From a virus (lineage: Duplodnaviria > Caudoviricetes), in the IMG/VR virus record IMGVR_UViG_3300044475_000179, positions 1 to 42,955 of that record: a stretch of DNA of 42,955 bases; one strand, written 5' to 3'. Under the pieces are notes generated by a model. The model was not told the origin of the DNA and ran no database searches. It saw nothing but the letters and a program-made list of their open reading frames with translations. Within the stretch, counting starts at the first letter, position 1. Each line of letters begins with the position of its first letter. The translations under genes were made by a program, and so were the position numbers. Shown here in pieces: positions 1 through 7,953 of this stretch.

Positions 1-12
1 CACCTCACCGTT

Positions 13-138
13 GGCGGTCGCCGCCAACGGTGAGGTGGGTGCGGAGCTGTATGCCACGCTTGCCGACGGCGTCGTGGAGGAGCGTGAGGTACAGCGTGTG
101 GAGGAAGCCGCCTACCGCGCTAAGGCGGCGCTAACGAC
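13..138 (+). repeat. Terminal direct repeat, copy 1 (126 bp, identical to 42830-42955)
   Basis: Exact match from GGCGGTCGCCGCCAACGG to CTAACGAC at both contig ends. The CII-like reading frame continues across the join, so this is a circular assembly overlap. Confidence 0.95.
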
Positions 139-228
139 GATGGTTAACCGCCTCAAGGGCATGGTTGAGAAGTGAGGGAGGTGGCTATGGGCGGAGGTGA
201 TCAACGCTCCGCGCCGGCGAGTATCGAA

Positions 229-534
229 CTACATTTTCATATGAATTCGGTAAGCCTCGGCGTTGGCAAATGCATTTCGACCATGAGCGTCGATACGCTG
301 TCCATTGGCGGCGCACCATTCCGGGAAAGTGTCCGGATTGATGTAGGTCTTGATGACAGTCTTGCCCTCCCTCGTGAGTTTCTTCCTGCCTTGCTCGGCC
401 ATATCCTGCCAACGAAGGAATGTCCCAGGCAGCTTGTCGCCATCTTCAAACATGGCTTTTAAACGGTCGTAGTCTTCCTCGCGATACCAAACCATTGCGA
501 GTACAGCGATCTGTTGAGTTGTATTGCTCACCAT
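229..534 (-). CDS. Hypothetical protein, antisense moron-like gene
   Basis: GGAG RBS before the ATG at 534 (MVSNTT...). Globular-looking sequence (WYREEDYDRLKAMFEDG). Opposite strand to its neighbours. Confidence 0.65.
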   Translation of the reverse strand: MVSNTTQQIAVLAMVWYREEDYDRLKAMFEDGDKLPGTFLRWQDMAEQGRKKLTREGKTVIKTYINPDTFPEWCAANGQRIDAHGRNAFANAEAYRIHMKM

Positions 535-578
535 GCACTCCGTCTTGTTGAAAACTAAATAATAACTGAGGATTCGAA

Positions 579-833
579 ATGTCTGCCCAAATCCCACAAA
601 CGCCGGTCGGCGTCAACGCGTTGCTCAACCACTTGCTGCAACGCGGCCAGCTCAAGAATGACGCCGCACTGAGTCGCGCGCTGGAAGTGGCGCCGCCAGT
701 TATCAGAAAGCTGCGCCACGCGGTGTTGCCGCTGGGTGCGAAGCTGCTGCTGGACATCCACCTCCTGTTCGACATTCCCGTGCGTGATCTTATGGCGCTG
801 GTCGCTGAAGGCGTGGAAACCGCCGCAGCATGA
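579..833 (+). CDS. Small HTH-like DNA-binding protein
   Basis: GAGG RBS; KNDAALSRALEVAPPVIRKLRH resembles an HTH; ATGA overlap with the replicase. Confidence 0.65.
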   Translation: MSAQIPQTPVGVNALLNHLLQRGQLKNDAALSRALEVAPPVIRKLRHAVLPLGAKLLLDIHLLFDIPVRDLMALVAEGVETAAA

Positions 834-3283
834 TCCAAGATGACTTCCGGCGAGTGAACGAGGCCGCATTGGCCTCGATCGATTCGTTGCTTGCTGATTG
901 GCTTCCGAACGGGGTGCGTGAAGGCGCAGAGTACTGCGTCGGCTCGCGCAGCGGTGAGGCGGGCCACTCGCTAAAAATTCGCCTCTATGGCGAGAAGGCG
1001 GGTTACTGGAGCGACTTCGCCGATGACGATGGCGGCAACGACCTGATCTCGCTTTACGCCTACATCAATTACATCGGGAATGGGAAGGCGTGTTACGCGG
1101 TCGCGCAGCAGCTCGGTGTCGAGCTTACCCCTGATCCCGAATGGGAGAAGCGCAACGCGGGTAAACCAGCAAAGCCGGTCGCAGCGCCGGTAAAAGCAGC
1201 TATCAAGGCTCCGGCCGGCGCGGCAGCGGAACCGAAGGTGCCGAAGAAGCGCTCTCCGTGGACGCCAGTTCTACCGGTCCCTGAAAGCGCCGGCCCCTAT
1301 CCTAAGGCGCACACCGTGCGCGGTAAGCCTGATGCATTCTGGGAGTACCGCGATCAGGCCGGCCAGCTGCTGGGCGTTGTCTACCGCTTCACCACCTCCA
1401 AGGGCGACAAGGAAGTCCTGCCGTGCGTTTTCGCTCGTAACGACGACAACGGCGCCCAAGAATGGCGCTGGATGGCCTTCCCTGAGCCGCGCCCGTTGTA
1501 CTTGCGCGGACCGTTACGCGCCGGTGTCACGAAGGTCTTCGTGGAAGGGGAGAAGTGCGTCGACCGTGGTCATGGCGTGCTGGGCGATGAATTCGATTGG
1601 CTGACGTGGTCAGGGGGCTGCAAGGCGGTCGACAAGTCCGACTTCAGCCTGGTGCGCGACTGCGATGTGATCATGTGGGCCGACACCGACAGCAAGACCT
1701 ACAAGGATGGCCACGAGAAGGCCGGTCAGTTCAAGCCGGAAGATGAGCAGCCGGGTTTCGTTGCTATGGCAAAGATAGCCGCCAAGTTGCGAGACCAGAA
1801 TTGTAGCGTGTTCTTCGTGGATATCCCGCAGCCAGGCCTGCTGCCCGACGGGTACGACGTTGCGGATGTTGTTGACGGCGGCGGGTCCAGCGAGGATCTC
1901 ATAGCCTGGCTCACGAAGCTTCGCACTGAAGATACCGCACCCAGCGCGGAAGCGGACGGCGGGGTAGAGGCTCCGCCCGCGCCACGCGAAACTGCTTCTA
2001 CCCCGCGCCCCGCTGCCGCGAAGGGCATGCCTATGCACGAGCTGCGCCGCAAACTGATCAAGACTGCGAACGGCGGCATCAAGGGTTGCCGCGAAAACGT
2101 CTACATGGTGCTGGAGGGCGATGAGCGCCTGATCGGCATCGTGGGACTCGATCAGTTCTCTGGCTTGCAGGTCAAGCGACGGAAAACGCCGTGGCCGACC
2201 GATTCTGGTGAGTGGACGGAAAACGATGACTTTCTGCTCGGTCTCTTCCTGGCGGAGCACCACGACCTGGTGCTGGCCGCCATCGGCGATATCGAGAAGG
2301 GTGTGGCCCAGGCTGCACGTCAACACGCCTTCAATCCGGTGACCGAATACCTCGACTCCTGCGCCCTGGCGTGGGACGGGCAACAGCGGGTCGCCACATG
2401 CTTCAGTTCATACTGGGGCGCGCGCGATAGTGAATACCTGCGCCTGATCGCCACCATGTTCATGGTTGGCATCGCGAAGCGCGCCTACTTCCCGGGCTGC
2501 AAGCACGACTATGCGCCGGTGTTCGAAGGCGGGCAGGGTGAAGGCAAATCGACGGCGCTGGGCATTCTCGCGGGCCAGTGGTTCGCCGACACGCCGTTCA
2601 GGATGGGGGAGAAGGACGGATTCCTCTCGATCCAGGGTGTGCTGCTGTACGAGGTGGCCGAGCTGGAGCAGTTCAACCGATCCGAGGTTACCGCCATCAA
2701 GGCGTTCATGTCGAGCGCCACGGACCGGTTTCGCGAGCCGTACGGCCGCCGCATGAAAAACGTGCCGCGTCGGTGCGCGTTCGCTGCCACCACCAATGAG
2801 AATGAATACTTCAAGGATACCACCGGTAATCGTCGATTCTGGCCGGTCGACACCGGCCGCCTGGACCTTGACAGCCTGAAGCGTGATCGCGACCAGCTCT
2901 TTGGTGAGGCGGTTCACATGATGCGCGCCGGCGTGAAGCATTGGCCGACGCGTGACCAGCAGGTCCTGATCATCAACGAGCAGCAGGAAAACCGCGAGAT
3001 CGCAGATGTTTGGCACGGCCGCGTCTACGAATACGTCGAAGGCCTCGACTCCGACGGAAAACCATCAGTCTCAGGGCGTCGAACGAAAGTGACGGCGCGC
3101 GAGCTGTTGACCAAGGCATTGCACTACGAGTTGTCGAAACTTGGTCCAGCAAAGCAGGAAACGATGCGTATCAGCGCGATCATGCGCAAGCTGGGATGGA
3201 TCAAGGACCGGGAGAAGACGGGCGCGCGCGAGCGCTATTACGAGCGCCCAGGAGTTGCAGCAGATGGAGGCGTAGCGGTATGA
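830..3283 (+). CDS. Primase-helicase replicase (Toprim-like domain plus VapE/VirE P-loop NTPase)
   Basis: Toprim-like VEGEKC and WADTD; Walker A GGQGEGKST; VapE-type motifs DRFREPYGRR and DTTGNRRFWPV. Confidence 0.9.
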   Translation: MIQDDFRRVNEAALASIDSLLADWLPNGVREGAEYCVGSRSGEAGHSLKIRLYGEKAGYWSDFADDDGGNDLISLYAYINYIGNGKACYAVAQQLGVELTPDPEWEKRNAGKPAKPVAAPVKAAIKAPAGAAAEPKVPKKRSPWTPVLPVPESAGPYPKAHTVRGKPDAFWEYRDQAGQLLGVVYRFTTSKGDKEVLPCVFARNDDNGAQEWRWMAFPEPRPLYLRGPLRAGVTKVFVEGEKCVDRGHGVLGDEFDWLTWSGGCKAVDKSDFSLVRDCDVIMWADTDSKTYKDGHEKAGQFKPEDEQPGFVAMAKIAAKLRDQNCSVFFVDIPQPGLLPDGYDVADVVDGGGSSEDLIAWLTKLRTEDTAPSAEADGGVEAPPAPRETASTPRPAAAKGMPMHELRRKLIKTANGGIKGCRENVYMVLEGDERLIGIVGLDQFSGLQVKRRKTPWPTDSGEWTENDDFLLGLFLAEHHDLVLAAIGDIEKGVAQAARQHAFNPVTEYLDSCALAWDGQQRVATCFSSYWGARDSEYLRLIATMFMVGIAKRAYFPGCKHDYAPVFEGGQGEGKSTALGILAGQWFADTPFRMGEKDGFLSIQGVLLYEVAELEQFNRSEVTAIKAFMSSATDRFREPYGRRMKNVPRRCAFAATTNENEYFKDTTGNRRFWPVDTGRLDLDSLKRDRDQLFGEAVHMMRAGVKHWPTRDQQVLIINEQQENREIADVWHGRVYEYVEGLDSDGKPSVSGRRTKVTARELLTKALHYELSKLGPAKQETMRISAIMRKLGWIKDREKTGARERYYERPGVAADGGVAV

Positions 3284-3303
3284 TGCGCATGGACAAACCA
3301 AAC

Positions 3304-3563
3304 GGTGCTGCGGCGCCGGCGAATTGCCAGGGATCGTGGGTGCTGAGCGCACCGGCGGAAAAGGCTCTATCGTCGGCGAGGATCGGCCCGACCTTGGTCC
3401 CGTGCGGTCAGTCGCTCAGCCTTTCTCATTTGATAGATCAGGGAGGCTGTGGCGGTATGCACACGCTTAAACCAGTTGGTGCTGCGGCGCCGGCGAATTG
3501 CCAGGGATCGTGGGTGCTGAGCGCACCGGCGGAAAAGGCTCTATCGTCGGCGAGGATCGGCCC
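3304..3563 (+). repeat. Perfect 86-bp direct repeat (3304-3389 and 3478-3563)
   Basis: Identical copies from GGTGCTGCGGCGCC to GGATCGGCCC; period 174 bp. Confidence 0.95.
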
Positions 3564-3589
3564 AACCCTGGTAGCGTTTGGGCAGCCGT

Positions 3590-3831
3590 CCAACCTCCTG
3601 TTTTTGAGGTTGGACGGCTGGAACCCGCATAAACACTGGCTCCGCCAACCTCCCAACCTCGCCAACCTACACGCCCGCACACGTACACCCGCGCATGCGC
3701 GTATACGCGTGCGGAGATGTTTTCGTTTTCCTACAACTCAAAAACAGGTTGGACAGGTTGGGAGGTTGGCGGGACCAGTATCCATGCGGGTTCCAGCCGT
3801 CCAACCTTTTCGACCAACCTTTGAAGGTTGG
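3590..3831. other. Putative replication origin: CCAACCT iterons within a 62-bp inverted repeat
   Basis: 11 CCAACCT/AGGTTGG heptamers. Arms 3607-3668 and 3746-3807 are complementary at 55/62 positions. Lies just downstream of the replicase. Confidence 0.7.
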
Positions 3832-3849
3832 ACAGAAAAGGGGGAGTAA

Positions 3850-4614
3850 ATGGCTGGAGTGAGACTGAACTTGCAGACCAATGCCGACGCGGTGGCACGG
3901 CGGATTGCGGAGCTGGGCAACCAATTGCCCTATGCGATGGCCACTGCCCTGTCCCGCACCGCCACGCTGGACGTGCGTCCCGCCATCCGCGCTGAGATGG
4001 GCCGGGTGTTTGATCGCCCCACCGACTACACGCTCAACAGCATGTTCGTGAAGGGCGCCAACAAATCGAATCTGGAGGCGCGTGTTTGGCTGAAGGACAA
4101 TCCGTTCAGCAAGGGCACGCCGGCGGACCGCTACCTGGCGCCGCAGATCTTCGGTGGCAGCCGGTACCAGAAGGGCATGGAGCGCGCCCTGCAGGCCGCA
4201 CGCTTGATGCTGCCCAACCAGTACGCTGTGCCAGCAGCTGGTGCGCAGCTGGATGCCAACGGCAACGTGAAGCGCAGCCAGATCGTGCAGATCCTCTCGC
4301 AGTTGCGAGCGCAGACCAACGCGGGCTACGAATCGCGGCGCAGCAACAGCGCGGCGTCGCGCCGGTCAGTGGCGCGCCAAGGGCAGACCTACTTCGCGCT
4401 GCCTCGGCCGAGCCGAGGGCTTCACCCGGGCATCTACCTCAAGCGCCAGTTCGCCCATGGGACTGCCATCCGCCCGGTCTTCCTGTTCGTCAACCAGGTG
4501 AGCTACCGTCCGCGCCTGCGCTTCTTCGAGGTGGGCGAGGCGGCGGCGCGGGCCGCCTTCCCAGGCCGCTTCGATGAGGCGGCGCAGGAGGCGATCAGCC
4601 GGGCAGGACTCTGA
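3850..4614 (+). CDS. Conserved phage protein, possibly gpZ/HK97-gp10-like virion completion protein
   Basis: Strong GGGGAG RBS; basic protein with a FDRPTDYTLNS motif; sits upstream of the terminase genes. Confidence 0.6.
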   Translation: MAGVRLNLQTNADAVARRIAELGNQLPYAMATALSRTATLDVRPAIRAEMGRVFDRPTDYTLNSMFVKGANKSNLEARVWLKDNPFSKGTPADRYLAPQIFGGSRYQKGMERALQAARLMLPNQYAVPAAGAQLDANGNVKRSQIVQILSQLRAQTNAGYESRRSNSAASRRSVARQGQTYFALPRPSRGLHPGIYLKRQFAHGTAIRPVFLFVNQVSYRPRLRFFEVGEAAARAAFPGRFDEAAQEAISRAGL

Positions 4615-4681
4615 TAATTTCCATGTGGAAACTAAAATAGATGTCTTATGAGAAATATTTCACCTAAGCAATGTTGATCGC

Positions 4682-4804
4682 GGGTCCTTCCAGGAGCAGG
4701 CGAACCGAGGGTGGTTCAGACCCCGTCGCCGCGCTAGTGGCAGCCCAAACAATTTCCTGACAAATAGCCTGACAACCCAGCACCGCACATGCCAAACCTG
4801 ACAA
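4682..4804 (+). other. Putative cos packaging site
   Basis: GGGTCCT (same as lambda cosQ) at 4682-4688; GGGTGGTTCAGACCCC at 4709-4724; three CCTGACAA repeats at 4756, 4768 and 4797; directly before terS. Confidence 0.6.
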
Positions 4805-5346
4805 CCATCGCCGAATGGGCCAAGTCCCTGAACATCTCGCGCCAGCAAGGCTACGCTGCGATCTCGCGCTGCCAGATCACGGTCGAAGACGGCAAGGTCG
4901 ACAGTGAATACGCGACCATGCTGTACCACCGCCACACGCGCGCACGCGCCAACGCGAAAGGCGGCGCCGCACCGCCCCCTGGCGAAAATGGCGCGTTTCC
5001 AGCTGCGCAAGGCGCCGATGTGCCCGCTGGCGCGACGGCGGGCTACGATGTCAGTCGCGCAAAGCGCGAAGCAGCAGAAGCACAGATGGCGGAAATCAAG
5101 CTGGGCGAGCTGGCCGGCCGGTTCCTGGTGAAGGACGATGTTGAAGCGGCGCTGTTCGAGGTGGCGCGCGCGCTGCGCGACGGGCTGACGAACTGTGGCC
5201 GGCGCATTGCCGGTGACGTGGTCGGCCTGACGGATGCTGGCGCATGCGAGGAGATCATCGATCGAGAGCACAGGGTGCTGCTGCAAACGCTCAGCAAAGA
5301 GCTGATGTCCAAGGTCGGGGCGGATCTGGAGGACGTGCTGGAATGA
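4789..5346 (+). CDS. Terminase small subunit (Nu1-like)
   Basis: N-terminal HTH and a coiled coil (SRAKREAAEAQMAEIKL); overlaps the terL start. Confidence 0.85.
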   Translation: MPNLTTIAEWAKSLNISRQQGYAAISRCQITVEDGKVDSEYATMLYHRHTRARANAKGGAAPPPGENGAFPAAQGADVPAGATAGYDVSRAKREAAEAQMAEIKLGELAGRFLVKDDVEAALFEVARALRDGLTNCGRRIAGDVVGLTDAGACEEIIDREHRVLLQTLSKELMSKVGADLEDVLE

Positions 5347-7376
5347 TGGTCCAGATGACGCCTGCTGCTGGCGCCGTGGCGCATGCTTTCGCGCGCGGCC
5401 TGAAGCCTGATCCGAACATGCCGTTGGACGAATGGTCCGACGAGTACATGATCATCCCGAAATCGGCTGGCGCCAGCGAGTACGGCAAGTATAGGACCAG
5501 TCGAACACCGCACGCACGGGCGGTGATGCGTGCGCTATCGGATGGACATCCCTGCAAGCGGGTGGTGGTCAAGGGTGCATCGCAGATGCTAAAGACGCAG
5601 GTTGGCCTGAATTGGTTCGCCTGTAGCGTTCACCAGTCACCCACCAACTTCCTGTGGATCGCGCCTACGGGCAAGCTGCAGAAGCGCGCCAGCACGCGTA
5701 TCGGCAAGACCATCGATGCGGTCGAGGTGGTCCGCGAGCGCGTGGCGGCGCCGCGCTCGCGTGACTCGGTCAACACCATGGACACGAAGGAATACGAGGG
5801 CGGCGCGTTGACTATTGTCACCGCTGGGGCGGCGGCCAACTTATCCGAACTGTCTGTGCGTCGCGTGCTCTACGATGAGATCGACCGGACGCCTCGGAAC
5901 GTGGACGGCGAGGGTGCGTCGTGGAAGCTGGGCGAGGCGCGCCAGACTTCGTTTGAGCGTAACCGCAAGTCCTACTACCCCAGCTCGCCGACGATCGAAG
6001 ATGAATCGGAGATCGACGATCTGTTCAAAATGGGCACGCAGAAGGAGGCACTGGCCGACTGCGTGCACTGCGGTGTCGAGCAGCCGCTGGTGTTCGAACG
6101 ACTCAAGCCAACCGATGACAATCAGGGCGTCTACTATCCGTGTTTTGACTGCGGCGGCGCGATGTATGAGACGGACAAGAACCGCATGTTCGCGCGTGGG
6201 GCTTGGTCGGAGGGCGTGGCGGGCGACGGCGAGACCGAGAGCTTCACCATCAGCGCGATGTTCCTGCCATACGGCTGGGCGTCGTGGCTGGTGCTGTACA
6301 AGGAATACCAGGCCGCCAAGGTGAAGCATGATCAGGGCGATGAAACGCTGATGATCACGTTTTACAACACCCGGCTCGCTAGAGTTTGGGCGCGTACGAA
6401 AGAACAGACCAAATACGAAGACCTATGGAACCGCGCGAAAGCGAGTACTTACCGTTTGGGAATGGTGCCAGCGCCGGCCTGCGTAGTCACGGCATCGATC
6501 GATACGCAGGGTGATCGCCTAGAATTCAAAGCCGTCGCCTGGGCCGAAGGGCTGGAAGGTTTCATCGTCGACTTCCAGGTGATCGATAGCGATCCAGCGC
6601 TACAGACGACTTGGGACCGCGCGGCGGAACTTTGTCGCGGTCAGTACAGGCATGCCGGCGGCGAGTTGCTGAGTATCGACGCGATCTTCGTTGACTCCGG
6701 CGGCAACCACACGCAGGAGGTTTATACGTTCTGTGATGCAATGCGTCGCGAAGGGGTGCACGCGATCAAGGGTGAGTCGCGCCCAGGAAAACCTATCATC
6801 GGCGCCAAACCCACGATCGTACACTTCGATGAGCGGGGCAAGGGCGAGAAGCGATCGGGCAAGCTGTGGTGGATCGGTACTGACTCTGCGAAAGATGCGT
6901 TGGTCAACCGCTGGAAGATCGAATCTGGACCGGGCGCTATCCACTTCCCGAACAACCTGGAAGAGGACTACTTCAAGCAGCTGACGGCGGAATACAGGAT
7001 CCCAAAATATCAAAAGGGCCACCGCTACACCACTTGGGAAAAGAAGCCGGGAGATCGCAACGAGGCTCTGGACCTGATGGTCTACAACCTGGCTGCCGCG
7101 CACCACATCGGCCTGCACAAGAAGAGCGATCTGTTCTGGGAGAACATGCGCAAGAATCTCAATCCGCCGAACCTCGACCTGTTCAAACAGCCGGCGCCGG
7201 TGTGGCCTGAGCCGGTGGCGCTCCCATCGCAAGTCGAGGAAGACGTGCCGGCCACGAGCACACCGGCTGCTGACTCAACCGCGCCGCCACCAGCCTCAGA
7301 TCCGCCGGCACCAACCCCGGCTCGGATCGTGCGCGGCCGCATCTCGTTGTCGGGCACTAAGCGAGGTGGTGCGTGA
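5343..7376 (+). CDS. Terminase large subunit, lambda GpA family
   Basis: KGASQMLKT Walker A-like; LYDEID Walker B; SSPT; two CxxC pairs; VDSGG; RNEALDLMVY. Start taken at the ATGA overlap with terS. Confidence 0.93.
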   Translation: MMVQMTPAAGAVAHAFARGLKPDPNMPLDEWSDEYMIIPKSAGASEYGKYRTSRTPHARAVMRALSDGHPCKRVVVKGASQMLKTQVGLNWFACSVHQSPTNFLWIAPTGKLQKRASTRIGKTIDAVEVVRERVAAPRSRDSVNTMDTKEYEGGALTIVTAGAAANLSELSVRRVLYDEIDRTPRNVDGEGASWKLGEARQTSFERNRKSYYPSSPTIEDESEIDDLFKMGTQKEALADCVHCGVEQPLVFERLKPTDDNQGVYYPCFDCGGAMYETDKNRMFARGAWSEGVAGDGETESFTISAMFLPYGWASWLVLYKEYQAAKVKHDQGDETLMITFYNTRLARVWARTKEQTKYEDLWNRAKASTYRLGMVPAPACVVTASIDTQGDRLEFKAVAWAEGLEGFIVDFQVIDSDPALQTTWDRAAELCRGQYRHAGGELLSIDAIFVDSGGNHTQEVYTFCDAMRREGVHAIKGESRPGKPIIGAKPTIVHFDERGKGEKRSGKLWWIGTDSAKDALVNRWKIESGPGAIHFPNNLEEDYFKQLTAEYRIPKYQKGHRYTTWEKKPGDRNEALDLMVYNLAAAHHIGLHKKSDLFWENMRKNLNPPNLDLFKQPAPVWPEPVALPSQVEEDVPATSTPAADSTAPPPASDPPAPTPARIVRGRISLSGTKRGGA

Positions 7377-7657
7377 ACCTCGACCCTGATCCGGACATCG
7401 TGGAAGTGATCCTGCGCGCCTGCCAGGCATCGGGGCTTGACGCCGATGCCGCGCTACTGATCGAGGCGAAGATCAGGGCGGATTACGGCGGCCTGCGCGT
7501 GCGCATACCCAAGCGCAAAAAGCACCTTAGCCCGGAGGAACGCGAGCGTGCCTATAGCGACAGCCTCAGCGCCATGAGTAACGAAGAGATCTGCAGCAAG
7601 CATGGGATCAGCCGTTCCAGTCTATACCGGCTGGTCAAGCGCGGCCCGGACAAGTAG
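7373..7657 (+). CDS. Mor/C-family transcription activator
   Basis: DYGGLRVRIPK motif followed by a C-terminal HTH (HGISRSSLYRLV). Confidence 0.75.
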   Translation: MNLDPDPDIVEVILRACQASGLDADAALLIEAKIRADYGGLRVRIPKRKKHLSPEERERAYSDSLSAMSNEEICSKHGISRSSLYRLVKRGPDK

Positions 7658-7699
7658 TCTCAATTTGCCCTGTTGCCGCCTTGCGCCCTTTCGTAGACT
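7657..7699 (+). promoter_or_regulatory. Putative activator-dependent late promoter 1
   Basis: GTCTCAATTTGCCCTGTT (7657-7674), 19-nt spacer, then TAGACT -10 hexamer (7694-7699). Confidence 0.65.
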
Positions 7700-7718
7700 G
7701 CGATAGTTCAGCGAAAGG

Positions 7719-7952
7719 ATGTCCATGCCGGCAATCAGCCTACAACAAGCCCAAGCCCAGCTCGAAGCCTACCTGGCCGCCGAAAGAGCGGTGCTGGGCT
7801 CGCAGCACTACGAAATCAACGGCCGCAAGCTGACCCGCGCGAACCTCGGTGAAATCCAAGCTGGCATCACCACCTGGACCGAACGGGTGGAACAGCTGCA
7901 GCGCTCCGCGAACGGACGCAGCCGCCGCCGTACCATCATCATGAGAGGCTAA
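7719..7952 (+). CDS. gpW-like head-tail joining protein (DUF6148-like)
   Basis: YEINGRKLTRANLGEI motif; lies between terL and portal. Confidence 0.8.
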   Translation: MSMPAISLQQAQAQLEAYLAAERAVLGSQHYEINGRKLTRANLGEIQAGITTWTERVEQLQRSANGRSRRRTIIMRG

Positions 7953-7953
7953 G

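Noticed and set aside
1-37. Hairpin telomere of an N15-like linear phage-plasmid
   Set aside because: No protelomerase or partition genes were recognised, the hairpin lies inside a coding region, and an integrase is present.
172-462. 96-aa + strand ORF
   Set aside because: It is the antisense shadow of the better-supported 229-534 gene.
3304-3831. CRISPR array, or a second TR/VR pair
   Set aside because: There are only two long copies with no mismatches, no regular spacers and no cas genes.
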